This document shows positions 1 through 8,745 of a stretch of DNA of 60,898 nucleotides, piece after piece. The DNA lies in NCBI GenBank assembly GCA_045591335.1, contig JAZNSR010000062.1, positions 1-60,898 of the forward strand. The letters are read 5' to 3'. Below the pieces are notes generated by a model. That model did no database searches and was not told the DNA's origin. It saw nothing but the letters and a program-made list of their open reading frames with translations. The position numbers and the translations under genes are program-made. Source of the stretch: Faecousia sp. (GTDB taxonomy: Bacteria; Bacillota; Clostridia; Oscillospirales; Oscillospiraceae). Numbering within the stretch: position 1 is the first letter of the stretch; the number at the start of each line of letters is the position of its first letter.

Positions 1-237
1 CAACTCGACCCCGAAGTGTATATGGATACTCGAGAGGGGAGAGTTGCGCAGTAAGTCAAAAAGCCTTGCGCAGCAACCTCATCCACCGCTAAAGCGGTCC
101 CCCTTCCCCAAAGGGGAAGGTATAACACCTCATCCGTCAAATATCCAAGATCATGCCACTTCTCTTCAAGGAGAAGGCTTTGGGGAAACAATTTTTATCT
201 TGCTTTTTGACGGTTGGCGGCTTTTTTGACACTCTGA
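1..237. mobile_element. MITE-like structured repeat, copy A (left part cut by window edge)
   Basis: 1-76 matches 5921-5996 with 2 mismatches; both copies end in ...gctttttgacggttggcggcttttttgacactctga; no transposase. Confidence 0.7.
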
Positions 238-267
238 AAAGCGGAAGCTGCAAGCAGCTTCCGCTTT
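238..267. terminator. intrinsic terminator downstream of the D-LDH gene
   Basis: aaagcggaagctgc/gcagcttccgcttt hairpin next to stop at 272. Confidence 0.75.
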
Positions 268-271
268 ACCA

Positions 272-1306
272 TTAAAAACACTTTTTATCCCGTTCCTTGC
301 GGCAGGTTTCCTTACGGCTGCAATGGTAGCAGACCTCTGTATCCGGAGAAAGCTCGCCGGCAAAGAATTTTTGGATGTTGGTGACGGTGGTATGGGCAAT
401 ATTATCCAAAGCCTCTCTGGTCAAATAAGCCTGGTGGGAAGTCACGATCACATTGGGCATGGCAATCAGACGGATCAAAGTATCATCCTGGATCACATGG
501 CCGGAAAAGTCCTCATAAAACAAATCGCCCTCTTCTTCGTACACATCCAGTCCCGCGCCGTAAACCTGCCCGGTCTTGATGCCATCGATCAGCGCCTCCG
601 TGTCGATCAAGCCGCCCCGGGAGGTGTTGATGATAATGGCCCCGGGCTTCATTTGCGCAACGCTCTCCCGGTTGATCATGTGGTGGGTCTCCTCTGTCAA
701 GGGGCAGTGCAAAGAGATCACATCCGCCTTTGCCAAAAGCTCCGGCAGCTCCACATAATGCAGCCCCAAATTAGGATTGGGGAACTTGTCATAGGCCAGC
801 ACCTCCATGCCAAAGCCCTTACAAATGTCAGAAAAGATCTTGCCGATCTTACCTGTACCGATAACGCCCACAGTTTTGCCGTAAAGGTCAAAGCCCGTCA
901 GACCGGACAAGCTGAAATTAAAATCTCTGGTGCGGGTATAGGCCCGGGGAATATGCCGGTTCAGGCTCAAAAGCAGGGCCATGGCATGCTCTGCCACCGC
1001 ATAGGGGGAATAAGCAGGCACACGGAACACATGGATCTTACCAAAGCAGGCCCGGGTGTCCACATTGTTAAAGCCGGCGCAGCGCAGAGCGATCATTTTA
1101 ATGCCCTGCTCATAAAGCTTATCCACCACGACCTTATTGACAATATCATTCACGAATACACAAACACAATCATAGCCCTTTGCCAAAGAAACCGTATCCT
1201 CATTCAGATGCGTCTCAAAATACTTGACGGAAATATCCGTTCCCTGGATATAACGGTTAAAACCGATCTCGTCATAGGGCTTTGCGTCAAAAAAAGCAAC
1301 TTTCAT
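272..1306 (-). CDS. ldhA: D-lactate dehydrogenase (D-2-hydroxyacid dehydrogenase family)
   Basis: MKVAFFD start with AAGGAG RBS; LRCAGFNNVD, VPAYSPYAVAEH, GVIGTGKIG Rossmann motif, INTSRG, LDVYEEE. Confidence 0.85.
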   Translation of the reverse strand: MKVAFFDAKPYDEIGFNRYIQGTDISVKYFETHLNEDTVSLAKGYDCVCVFVNDIVNKVVVDKLYEQGIKMIALRCAGFNNVDTRACFGKIHVFRVPAYSPYAVAEHAMALLLSLNRHIPRAYTRTRDFNFSLSGLTGFDLYGKTVGVIGTGKIGKIFSDICKGFGMEVLAYDKFPNPNLGLHYVELPELLAKADVISLHCPLTEETHHMINRESVAQMKPGAIIINTSRGGLIDTEALIDGIKTGQVYGAGLDVYEEEGDLFYEDFSGHVIQDDTLIRLIAMPNVIVTSHQAYLTREALDNIAHTTVTNIQKFFAGELSPDTEVCYHCSRKETCRKERDKKCF

Positions 1307-1457
1307 AAACTTCACTCCTTGAACATTTAATTCGATATAATTATACCGAATATACACAAAAATGCAATACTCCATTTCGCACAATATATCGGTATTTTTA
1401 TACTGATATATTGTATATATAGCTTCCTTGTTACTGCCCGGCACAACAGCAAGAGAT

Positions 1458-1485
1458 TTGACTTTCTGTTTTAACAGTGTATAAT
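1458..1485 (+). promoter_or_regulatory. sigma-A promoter for lipoprotein pair
   Basis: TTGACT-N16-TATAAT upstream of AAGGAGG RBS. Confidence 0.6.
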
Positions 1486-1509
1486 AGGCTTAAAAAGGAG
1501 GCAGATATA

Positions 1510-2124
1510 ATGAAAAAGTTTTTATGCCTGCTGCTGGCAAGCCTGCTGATGCTGTCGCTGACTGCCTGCAAGCCCGCACTGAATAAAAATGTTTGGGCTA
1601 TGCAAATAGAGGTGGACCACCACGCAGCCACACAAATGCTGAAAGATATGTCCCTGTACCCGGAGGAGCTTTCTTTGGTGACAGAGCCTTTATTCACCAC
1701 CATTCTTCTGCGCTTTGATCAGGACGGCACCTTCACCTTCTACAAAGACCCGGCAACCGAGAAGCAATGCGTCAAGGATTTTTTATTTAAGGTATTTGAT
1801 TCTCTGTACGAAAGCCGGGAATATCTTTCTGATACTTACCAGATAGATTTCAGCACAAGCTCCAAAAATGATTTTATCCGTTTTTACACCGACCTGTACT
1901 CTGCTCCGGATTATGAGGCAATGGTGGAAAAACTGGCGGACAAAGCCTATGACTACACCGCCTTTGGCGAGCTTGCCCGCGGAACCTATACCAAAAAAGG
2001 CAACACCCTCACCATGGATGCGGAAGACAACAACTACGACGACACCGTCACCTTTTCCATTGAAGATGACCAACTGACACTGGTATATGTTGACCGCACA
2101 GATATTTATTTCCGAGTAAAGTGA
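1510..2124 (+). CDS. lipoprotein of unknown function (paralog 1)
   Basis: MKKFLCLLLASLLMLSLTAC lipobox; strong RBS. Confidence 0.8.
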   Translation: MKKFLCLLLASLLMLSLTACKPALNKNVWAMQIEVDHHAATQMLKDMSLYPEELSLVTEPLFTTILLRFDQDGTFTFYKDPATEKQCVKDFLFKVFDSLYESREYLSDTYQIDFSTSSKNDFIRFYTDLYSAPDYEAMVEKLADKAYDYTAFGELARGTYTKKGNTLTMDAEDNNYDDTVTFSIEDDQLTLVYVDRTDIYFRVK

Positions 2125-2134
2125 GGAGTTTATT

Positions 2135-2785
2135 ATGAAAAAACTTTTTTGCGCCATGCTGGCCGCTCTGCTGATGCTCTCCCTGGCTGCCTGTGATGCA
2201 CTAATGCCCGCCAAACAGCTGGAAGGCACCTGGAAAACAAAAACAGAGGAATCCCGGGAATACACGCTGGCACTATTGGAAAACTTTGATTTCTATGAAG
2301 AAGAAATCGCTCTGATCCAAACGCCCTTATACACCGTCAAATATCTGACCTTCAACAAGAACAAAACCTATTCCTATGCCACCAATGCCGAAGAAGAAAA
2401 GGCCTGCGCCCGGGAATTTATCACCGGCCTCCTGAACGATCTGTACGCAAACAGAGACAGCCTTTCCGCATGCTATGAATTTGATATGTCCTCCCTTTCC
2501 AAGGAAGATTTTCAGCAATTCTACGCAGACCTTTATGAGGCGGAAAATCTGGACGGATTGGTGGATCTGTGGCTGGAAGCCGCCAATCCGGTGATCGGTG
2601 AATATGAAACCGGTAAATTTCAAATCACCCCCGGCAAGATCCACATGACTGTCACCGACGATGAAGAAGGTAACGGTTTCGTATCCTACACTCTGGAAAA
2701 CGGCACTTTAACTTTGACCTATGCAGATTCTGTGGAGGTCTACACCAAAATCGATACCGAAGCCTCCCAATCTCAGAATATTTAA
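2135..2785 (+). CDS. lipoprotein of unknown function (paralog 2)
   Basis: MKKLFCAMLAALLMLSLAAC lipobox; shares EK.C..F, LY..R..LS..Y..D.S..SK.DF..FY.DLY and LTL.Y.D with paralog 1. Confidence 0.8.
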   Translation: MKKLFCAMLAALLMLSLAACDALMPAKQLEGTWKTKTEESREYTLALLENFDFYEEEIALIQTPLYTVKYLTFNKNKTYSYATNAEEEKACAREFITGLLNDLYANRDSLSACYEFDMSSLSKEDFQQFYADLYEAENLDGLVDLWLEAANPVIGEYETGKFQITPGKIHMTVTDDEEGNGFVSYTLENGTLTLTYADSVEVYTKIDTEASQSQNI

Positions 2786-2793
2786 CATTAATA

Positions 2794-2830
2794 TAGGGGA
2801 TATTGCAATTTTAGGTTGCAATATCCCCTA
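2794..2830. terminator. bidirectional terminator
   Basis: taggggatattgcaa/ttgcaatatccccta between convergent genes. Confidence 0.8.
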
Positions 2831-2833
2831 AAA

Positions 2834-3667
2834 TCATTTGGTTTCTAAAGAATCGGCAATGCCGGAAAGCTTAGCGTTGACCATATCAAAATCCGCCACC
2901 GCATCCATGATCTGGCTGCATTGCCGGGCCATGCCCGCATCCTCCAGCTGCCGGGCAAGCTCCGCCAACTCATTGGCGTGGGCATCGTTATGATTCACCA
3001 TAAACCGCATGAGCGCCAGCATCTCCTCCATGGCAGCGCCCTCCCTGGGCTGGGCATGGTCATGCCCGGCATGACTATGGGCCCGCTTCACCCCGGACAC
3101 CTGATACATCCGGTCATCCGAAATCATGACCTCCACACACAGATGGCTGTCAAAAATCTTTTTCAGCCGGTCCGCCTCCATCAGTCCGCAGGACACCTTG
3201 CTGGCAGCTCCGCTATGGTGACCGTCAATGGCCTCCCGGCTTTGCCCATGGGCAACAGTAAGCCGCCCGCCCTCCTTCAGCATACCCGCCAAAATACGGA
3301 TCAGCCGCCGGGGGTCGGGAAAATGGGGGAACGCATTATACACCACGATCACATCATATTTTTTATCCGGTGTCAAAGTCTCCACATCCCCGCAAAGCAC
3401 CTGCACCCGGGGCTCATTTTGGAATTTTTCCCCGGCGATCTTCGCCATTTCCGGGGAGATATCAATACCGGTGACGGAATTGACCCCCAAAGCCAGATAA
3501 TACGGGAACATGACCCCCGTACCGCAGGCCACATCCAAAATATCCATGCCTTTTTCCACCCGGGCATTATCCAAAATTTTGCCGATAATCCGGTCATCCT
3601 TGATCATATTGGCATCCCAACCGGCTGCACAGCCATCAAAAAACTCGATCACAGCATTTTTATCCAT
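2834..3667 (-). CDS. class I SAM-dependent methyltransferase with His-rich linker and C-terminal helical His-motif domain
   Basis: ILDVACGTG and GIDISPEM motifs; HSHAGHDH linker; MVNHNDAHANEL. Confidence 0.8.
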   Translation of the reverse strand: MDKNAVIEFFDGCAAGWDANMIKDDRIIGKILDNARVEKGMDILDVACGTGVMFPYYLALGVNSVTGIDISPEMAKIAGEKFQNEPRVQVLCGDVETLTPDKKYDVIVVYNAFPHFPDPRRLIRILAGMLKEGGRLTVAHGQSREAIDGHHSGAASKVSCGLMEADRLKKIFDSHLCVEVMISDDRMYQVSGVKRAHSHAGHDHAQPREGAAMEEMLALMRFMVNHNDAHANELAELARQLEDAGMARQCSQIMDAVADFDMVNAKLSGIADSLETK

Positions 3668-3799
3668 GACCCATCCTCCGCTTTTTTCTTTCCAGTATAC
3701 CACAGTTACCCACCATCTGCAAACCCCATTGCAGGAAACCGTTGATTTTTTTACAAAAAAGTCATACAATATTAAATAATAATGGAAGGCGGTGAGACC

Positions 3800-4537
3800 G
3801 TGGGTTTTCAAATGAAGATGGCCATTTGCGATGATATGGAAAAGGACCGGGCTGTAATGCTGAAGCTGGTGCAGGAATACCTGCAGCTGAACGATTATCA
3901 CATCGCCGTTGACCTGTATGAAAGCGGCGAGGCTTTTTTGGCAGCAGATGTTACGCAATATCAACTGGCGATTTTAGACATTTTCATGGGCGGGCTGACT
4001 GGCATCGAAACCGCCAAAAAGCTTATGGAGCGGCACCCCCGGCTGCAGATCATTTTTTGCAGCACCTCCAACGCATACGCCGCAGAATCCTATGATGTGG
4101 CAGCCTTGCGGTATTTCATCAAACCCATCTCCCGGGAAAAGCTTTTTGCCACCATGGACCGGTTTTTCCATGTGCACACCAGCCTGCGCACCCTGACCTA
4201 CAAGCAAAACCGCATGGATGAAACCATCTATATTTCCGACCTGCTCTGGGTGGAGGCTGACGGCCATAAGAGCATTCTGCACACCCGCAAGGGCGAGATC
4301 GTCACCCGCACCAACATCTCCCAAATTGCCCAACAGCTGGAGGGGGCAGATTTCGTCAAACCCATTCGCTACGCCCTGGTGAGCCTAAGTGCGGTAACCC
4401 AGATCCCCACAGATGTACTGACCCTCACCGACGGCAGCTCCGTGCCCATCAGCCGGGATCAGCGTGCCAATATCAAGCAGGCCTTTTCCGATTATAAGCT
4501 ACGGCAGCTACTGAAAAAGGGAGGAGAAATCTCATGA
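3800..4537 (+). CDS. LytTR-family response regulator
   Basis: AICDD, ILDIFM, YFIKP receiver motifs plus LytTR C-terminus; GTG start inferred (ORF opens at 3782). Confidence 0.85.
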   Translation: MGFQMKMAICDDMEKDRAVMLKLVQEYLQLNDYHIAVDLYESGEAFLAADVTQYQLAILDIFMGGLTGIETAKKLMERHPRLQIIFCSTSNAYAAESYDVAALRYFIKPISREKLFATMDRFFHVHTSLRTLTYKQNRMDETIYISDLLWVEADGHKSILHTRKGEIVTRTNISQIAQQLEGADFVKPIRYALVSLSAVTQIPTDVLTLTDGSSVPISRDQRANIKQAFSDYKLRQLLKKGGEIS

Positions 4538-5832
4538 CAGAATTTCTCATTGCGCTGATAGTAACCGGATGCTTGTGTTCCGGTCTGGTCATGCGCTATA
4601 TACCCTTCCGCTCCATAGCAAACACCCAGACTAAAAAGAAACTATTTCTGTTGTACGGCTTATCCTGTCTGGGAAACATCACCATTGCCACTCTGGTCTT
4701 TCATCTTTGGGGCATAACGCAGATAGTGCCTTATCTGCACACCGGCGGCTCTCTGTTTGCTATCTTCGTAACGCTTATCAATATCCGCCTGCTTCCCGGA
4801 CGCACCGGCGAGCATCTTTTCACCCTTGGCATGTCCCGCACGCTGCACTTTCTCATGCTCAGCATTCCCGCCTATATTATCTCTTTACAGCCCCAGCTTG
4901 ATCCTGTCTGGCAGCTTATACAACTGCTTGGACTTTATTCGATCCTGATTTTGATTACCCATTACCCCTTGCAGCAGCTTTTACGCCACACCATCGAGCC
5001 TTTTTTAAAGCTTGAGAGCGAAGAATACTGGAAAACCATTTTCTTTATTCCCCTGGCATTTTTTGCCGCAGCTGCCATTATGGTCTGGGGTACAGATACG
5101 GTCAATCCCCTTTTGCAGCTAATCAGCAGCCTGGTTTCCAGCGGCATGCTGATTTTGATGTGCAAAAGCATCCAGGCTGACCACAAACGGGTGGAACGCA
5201 ACCTGCAAATGGAAAAACAGCTGGAATACCAGCGGCTGCATTACACAGAGCTGCGGGTACGGGTGGAGGATGCCCGAAAGCTGAATCACAATCTCAAGCA
5301 CCATATTGCTGCCATCCGTGGCTATATGGACGCCGACGACAAAGAGGGCCTGGACCGGTACTGCCACGAGCTGGTATCCCGAATCGGCAGCAGTACTGAT
5401 GTGCCCTACACGGGCAATGCGGCGGTGGACGGTGTACTTTACCATTACATACAAAAGGCGAAGCAAGAAAATATCGACTTTAAATTCACCGGCACTATCC
5501 ACAGCCCGGGCATTGCAGACATTGATCTGTGCGCCGCCCTGGGAAATGCCCTGGACAATGCCATTTTCGGCTGCAAGACCCTTTCGGACAACCGGCACAT
5601 TGCCCTTTTGTGCCAGTCAGAAAAAGCGTTGCTAACCATCGTGGTAAGAAATAGCTTTGACGGCATCATAGAAAAAGACAAAACCCGTATTCTCTCCCGA
5701 AAGCGGGCAAACCAAGCAGGCGTAGGTCTGGCCTCCATGGAGGCCATGTGCCAGCGGTACGGCGGCAGCTTCCAGACCTCCTGGGACGAAAACAGCTTCA
5801 CCATTATGTTTCTGTTCCCTCTGAACGAATAA
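4534..5832 (+). CDS. membrane sensor histidine kinase (AgrC/GHKL type)
   Basis: multiple TM segments, HNLKHH H-box, GNALDNA N-box, GVGL; ATGA overlap with regulator. Confidence 0.85.
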   Translation: MTEFLIALIVTGCLCSGLVMRYIPFRSIANTQTKKKLFLLYGLSCLGNITIATLVFHLWGITQIVPYLHTGGSLFAIFVTLINIRLLPGRTGEHLFTLGMSRTLHFLMLSIPAYIISLQPQLDPVWQLIQLLGLYSILILITHYPLQQLLRHTIEPFLKLESEEYWKTIFFIPLAFFAAAAIMVWGTDTVNPLLQLISSLVSSGMLILMCKSIQADHKRVERNLQMEKQLEYQRLHYTELRVRVEDARKLNHNLKHHIAAIRGYMDADDKEGLDRYCHELVSRIGSSTDVPYTGNAAVDGVLYHYIQKAKQENIDFKFTGTIHSPGIADIDLCAALGNALDNAIFGCKTLSDNRHIALLCQSEKALLTIVVRNSFDGIIEKDKTRILSRKRANQAGVGLASMEAMCQRYGGSFQTSWDENSFTIMFLFPLNE

Positions 5833-5856
5833 TGAACCGGCGGTTGCACCCGCGTG

Positions 5857-6124
5857 TCAGTCTGTCAAAAAACTAGTTTTTTGACAGACTGGCAGAGGTC
5901 AATAAAGCCGTCAAGACAAGCAACTCGACCCCGAAGTGTATATAGATACTCGAGAGGGGAGAGTTGCGCAGTAAGTCAAAAAGCCTTGCGTAGCAAGCCT
6001 TTTTGAGCACCTCATCCGTCAAAAATCAAAGATTTTTGCCAGCTTCCCCTCGAGGGGAAGGCTTTGTCAAAAGCCATTGCCTTATCCTGCTTTTTGACGG
6101 TTGGCGGCTTTTTTGACACTCTGA
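5857..6124. mobile_element. MITE-like structured repeat, copy B
   Basis: imperfect 16-bp terminal inverted repeats tcagtctgtcaaaaaa ... ttttttgacactctga; internal palindromes; homologous to 1-237. Confidence 0.7.
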
Positions 6125-6150
6125 CGGCTCTCCCAAGGGAGAGCCGTTTC
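6124..6150. terminator. intrinsic terminator
   Basis: acggctctccc/gggagagccgt hairpin by stop of the 6154 gene. Confidence 0.7.
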
Positions 6151-6153
6151 TTA

Positions 6154-7926
6154 TTAATTGGACTGCATATTATTCAGTGTAGCGGGGTCCAGGGGCACAC
6201 CGTAGACCCGCTCATAAACCTGGCAGCAAAAATCCTGGGTCTGCTGACGGAGCTTTTCCTTGGCTGCCAGCTTGGATAAAGCGGGGTCCGGCCAAATAGG
6301 CTCGCCCAAATGGGGGTAATACTCCTGCACAGGGAAGCCGTCCGCGCCCATCTTATCCGTATCCCGCATGGTAATAAAGCACGGCACCACCGGCACATGA
6401 TTCTTCACCGCCATATCAAACGCACCGGACTTCATGGGCTTCGGTCTGCGGTAATTCCACCACAGGCTCTGCTCCGGATAGATCAAAATGCAGTTCCCCT
6501 CACCCAGCAGCTGCTTCACTGCGGTCAAGAACTTTTTCATAGTCTGCATATTGGAGCTCAAAGGCAAAGTATTGCAATTGCGCATCAAAAAGCCGTAAAA
6601 GCCGGGGAAATTGGTATAGTTACCCTCACGAATCACCCGGTAGAGCTTTTTGGGATGCTTGGAATCGTCAAACACCCGCTGCATAATAAAGCTATCCATG
6701 GGATTGAAGTGATTGCAGGTGATCACCGCGCCTTCCACCCCAGCCAAATGCTCCAGACCCTCGGCCTTGCGCACCACCACATCGCCGCTCTTTTCCAGCT
6801 TATCAAAGAACCGGTAAGCTGCCGCAAAAGCAATGGCACGCTTGCAATTGCCCACAAAGCCCTTGCGCACATATTCAATGTCCTCAGGCTTCAGCTGCGG
6901 GCTGGGAGGATCATCCTCCACATCCTCATCAAATCTGCCCGCTTCCTCATACTCCTTGATCTTTTGCAGGATTGCCACCCGGTCCGCTGCCCGCACATTC
7001 TGATTGAGCCGGTTTTGGTAATTGTCCCCCCGGTTGATCTCCTCCTCTGCCAGCTTCAAAAGATTGCTGCAGGAAATGGCGTCCCGCTCCCGCTGGGCAT
7101 CGGTGTAGTTTTTCAATTCTTCCCGGATCTGCTCATAGACCTGGGTTTGGGCTGCATACTTCCAGAAAATATCCCCATGGCGGCAATCGGCATAATGCCA
7201 GGGCTTGCTGGTCATGATATAGTGCAGCACAAACGCTTCTTCAATGGGGTAAGGAATATTGCCAAAGATCTCCGTATTCCACCGCTGATCCAGCCAATAC
7301 ACCCAATCCTTGCAGATCACATTCAGATAATCCTCATCCTGGGTGACCACAAAATTATACTCTCCCAGCAGCCGGTTAAACTTTTCCAGCACCTTGAAAT
7401 CCCGGAACTTTTTGCAGTTGATCAACAGCACGCCGGCATTGAAATAAAACTCCCGGTCCACGCCAACCACCTGCTCCACATAGGCACCATACTGCTCTGT
7501 TTGCACCATGGCCTGCTCATGGCAAGCGCCCACATAGGCATCCCCAATATCCGTCAGATACATGCGGCTGATGTCCCCCTGGACCACCGTGTCGCTGTCG
7601 ATATAGATGGCCTTATCATACTGGGGGAACATTTCCGCAATAAACATGCGGAAATAAGTAGTCTTGGAATAATAATCCCGGATGGGCAAATTGCCCGCCA
7701 GCTCATCCAAATAGGCAGTCACATTATCAAACTGAACAGAAAAGTTTTCGTTTTCCAGTTCCATGACCTTTTCCTGCATGGGCTGAGAAATATTAGTATG
7801 CAAAACATGGATCTGATAGTGATGTTCCCTGGATGCGTTGGCAATCATGGAATGCAGCGAAACCACGGTATATTTCACGAAATTATCGTCGCACGCATAA
7901 AAAATAGGAATCAAATTATCCTTCAC
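6154..7926 (-). CDS. GT8 glycosyltransferase fused to PlsC-type acyltransferase
   Basis: N-term YIDSD (DxD), YFNAGVLLIN, QDEDYLN, HYIMTSKPW; C-term CNHFNPMD (HX4D) and IYPEQ. Confidence 0.85.
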   Translation of the reverse strand: MKDNLIPIFYACDDNFVKYTVVSLHSMIANASREHHYQIHVLHTNISQPMQEKVMELENENFSVQFDNVTAYLDELAGNLPIRDYYSKTTYFRMFIAEMFPQYDKAIYIDSDTVVQGDISRMYLTDIGDAYVGACHEQAMVQTEQYGAYVEQVVGVDREFYFNAGVLLINCKKFRDFKVLEKFNRLLGEYNFVVTQDEDYLNVICKDWVYWLDQRWNTEIFGNIPYPIEEAFVLHYIMTSKPWHYADCRHGDIFWKYAAQTQVYEQIREELKNYTDAQRERDAISCSNLLKLAEEEINRGDNYQNRLNQNVRAADRVAILQKIKEYEEAGRFDEDVEDDPPSPQLKPEDIEYVRKGFVGNCKRAIAFAAAYRFFDKLEKSGDVVVRKAEGLEHLAGVEGAVITCNHFNPMDSFIMQRVFDDSKHPKKLYRVIREGNYTNFPGFYGFLMRNCNTLPLSSNMQTMKKFLTAVKQLLGEGNCILIYPEQSLWWNYRRPKPMKSGAFDMAVKNHVPVVPCFITMRDTDKMGADGFPVQEYYPHLGEPIWPDPALSKLAAKEKLRQQTQDFCCQVYERVYGVPLDPATLNNMQSN

Positions 7927-8743
7927 TTTTACTTACCTCTCTCTTGATTTGCTGGTATTCTTCCAAAATATCATCAAAGCAGGTGTAGCCGAATTTTTCG
8001 TGGACCTTATCCACATGCCACTGCTTGATATTCTCCGTGTGGGGATACGGCAAATAAAACAGCCGTTTGGAGAAATGACGGATCACCGTCTTTTTATAAA
8101 GGAACTTCTGATCGTTAAACCAATGGCGCAGCATCTTCTTTTTGGTGGTGGAGCGGATCAGCGCGGACTGGTCCGCAAAAGTCAGCTTTTTCACCCGGAT
8201 CAGCTGCCTGGCCTTTTCAAAAATGCCCGTTTCCCGGCACATCTGCATATTAAACAGCAGTACCCCGGCGTTGATATAATTGGGGCTTACCAAAAGATGC
8301 CCGTAATGATCTCTGGCAGCGGCATACTCCACCCCGGATACATCCTGGTCAAAGAGCAAGCCAATATCCCTGCATGCCATCACATCCGCATCCAGGTATA
8401 ACAGCTTATCCGGCATGGGGTACAGGTCCGCCAGCAGCCGCAGCAGCGTGTAGGGTGAGCAATAGCAGCCCTCATTGGCGTTTTCTTTTAAATGCTTTTC
8501 GTAATTTTCAGTCACATCATAAACCGTAACCGTGGTTTGAGGATTATGACGGCGAAGAGACCGTTCGATCACGGATGCCTGAGCCTGGGTAATGGGCAGA
8601 TAATCCGGGGATACCCGGGTCAGCTCCATGGTGAAAATATGTATATGCAGGGGTCTGGGGGCTTCCAGCCTGCGGACAATGGAAAGGCCGGCGGTTAACA
8701 CGCCGTCAAACACCTTGTCATTTCCGCAAAATAAAATATCCAT
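7916..8743 (-). CDS. GT8 family glycosyltransferase
   Basis: LYLDAD, YINAGVLLFN, DQSAL. Confidence 0.8.
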   Translation of the reverse strand: MDILFCGNDKVFDGVLTAGLSIVRRLEAPRPLHIHIFTMELTRVSPDYLPITQAQASVIERSLRRHNPQTTVTVYDVTENYEKHLKENANEGCYCSPYTLLRLLADLYPMPDKLLYLDADVMACRDIGLLFDQDVSGVEYAAARDHYGHLLVSPNYINAGVLLFNMQMCRETGIFEKARQLIRVKKLTFADQSALIRSTTKKKMLRHWFNDQKFLYKKTVIRHFSKRLFYLPYPHTENIKQWHVDKVHEKFGYTCFDDILEEYQQIKREVSKSEG

Positions 8744-8745
8744 TT

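Noticed and set aside
44-229. 61-aa ORF (and 6064-6279) inside the repeat element
   Set aside because: Translations of palindromic repeat DNA; frames are not conserved between the copies
1-6124. Composite transposon bounded by the two repeat copies
   Set aside because: Copies are diverged internally, the cargo is ordinary chromosomal genes, and there is no transposase
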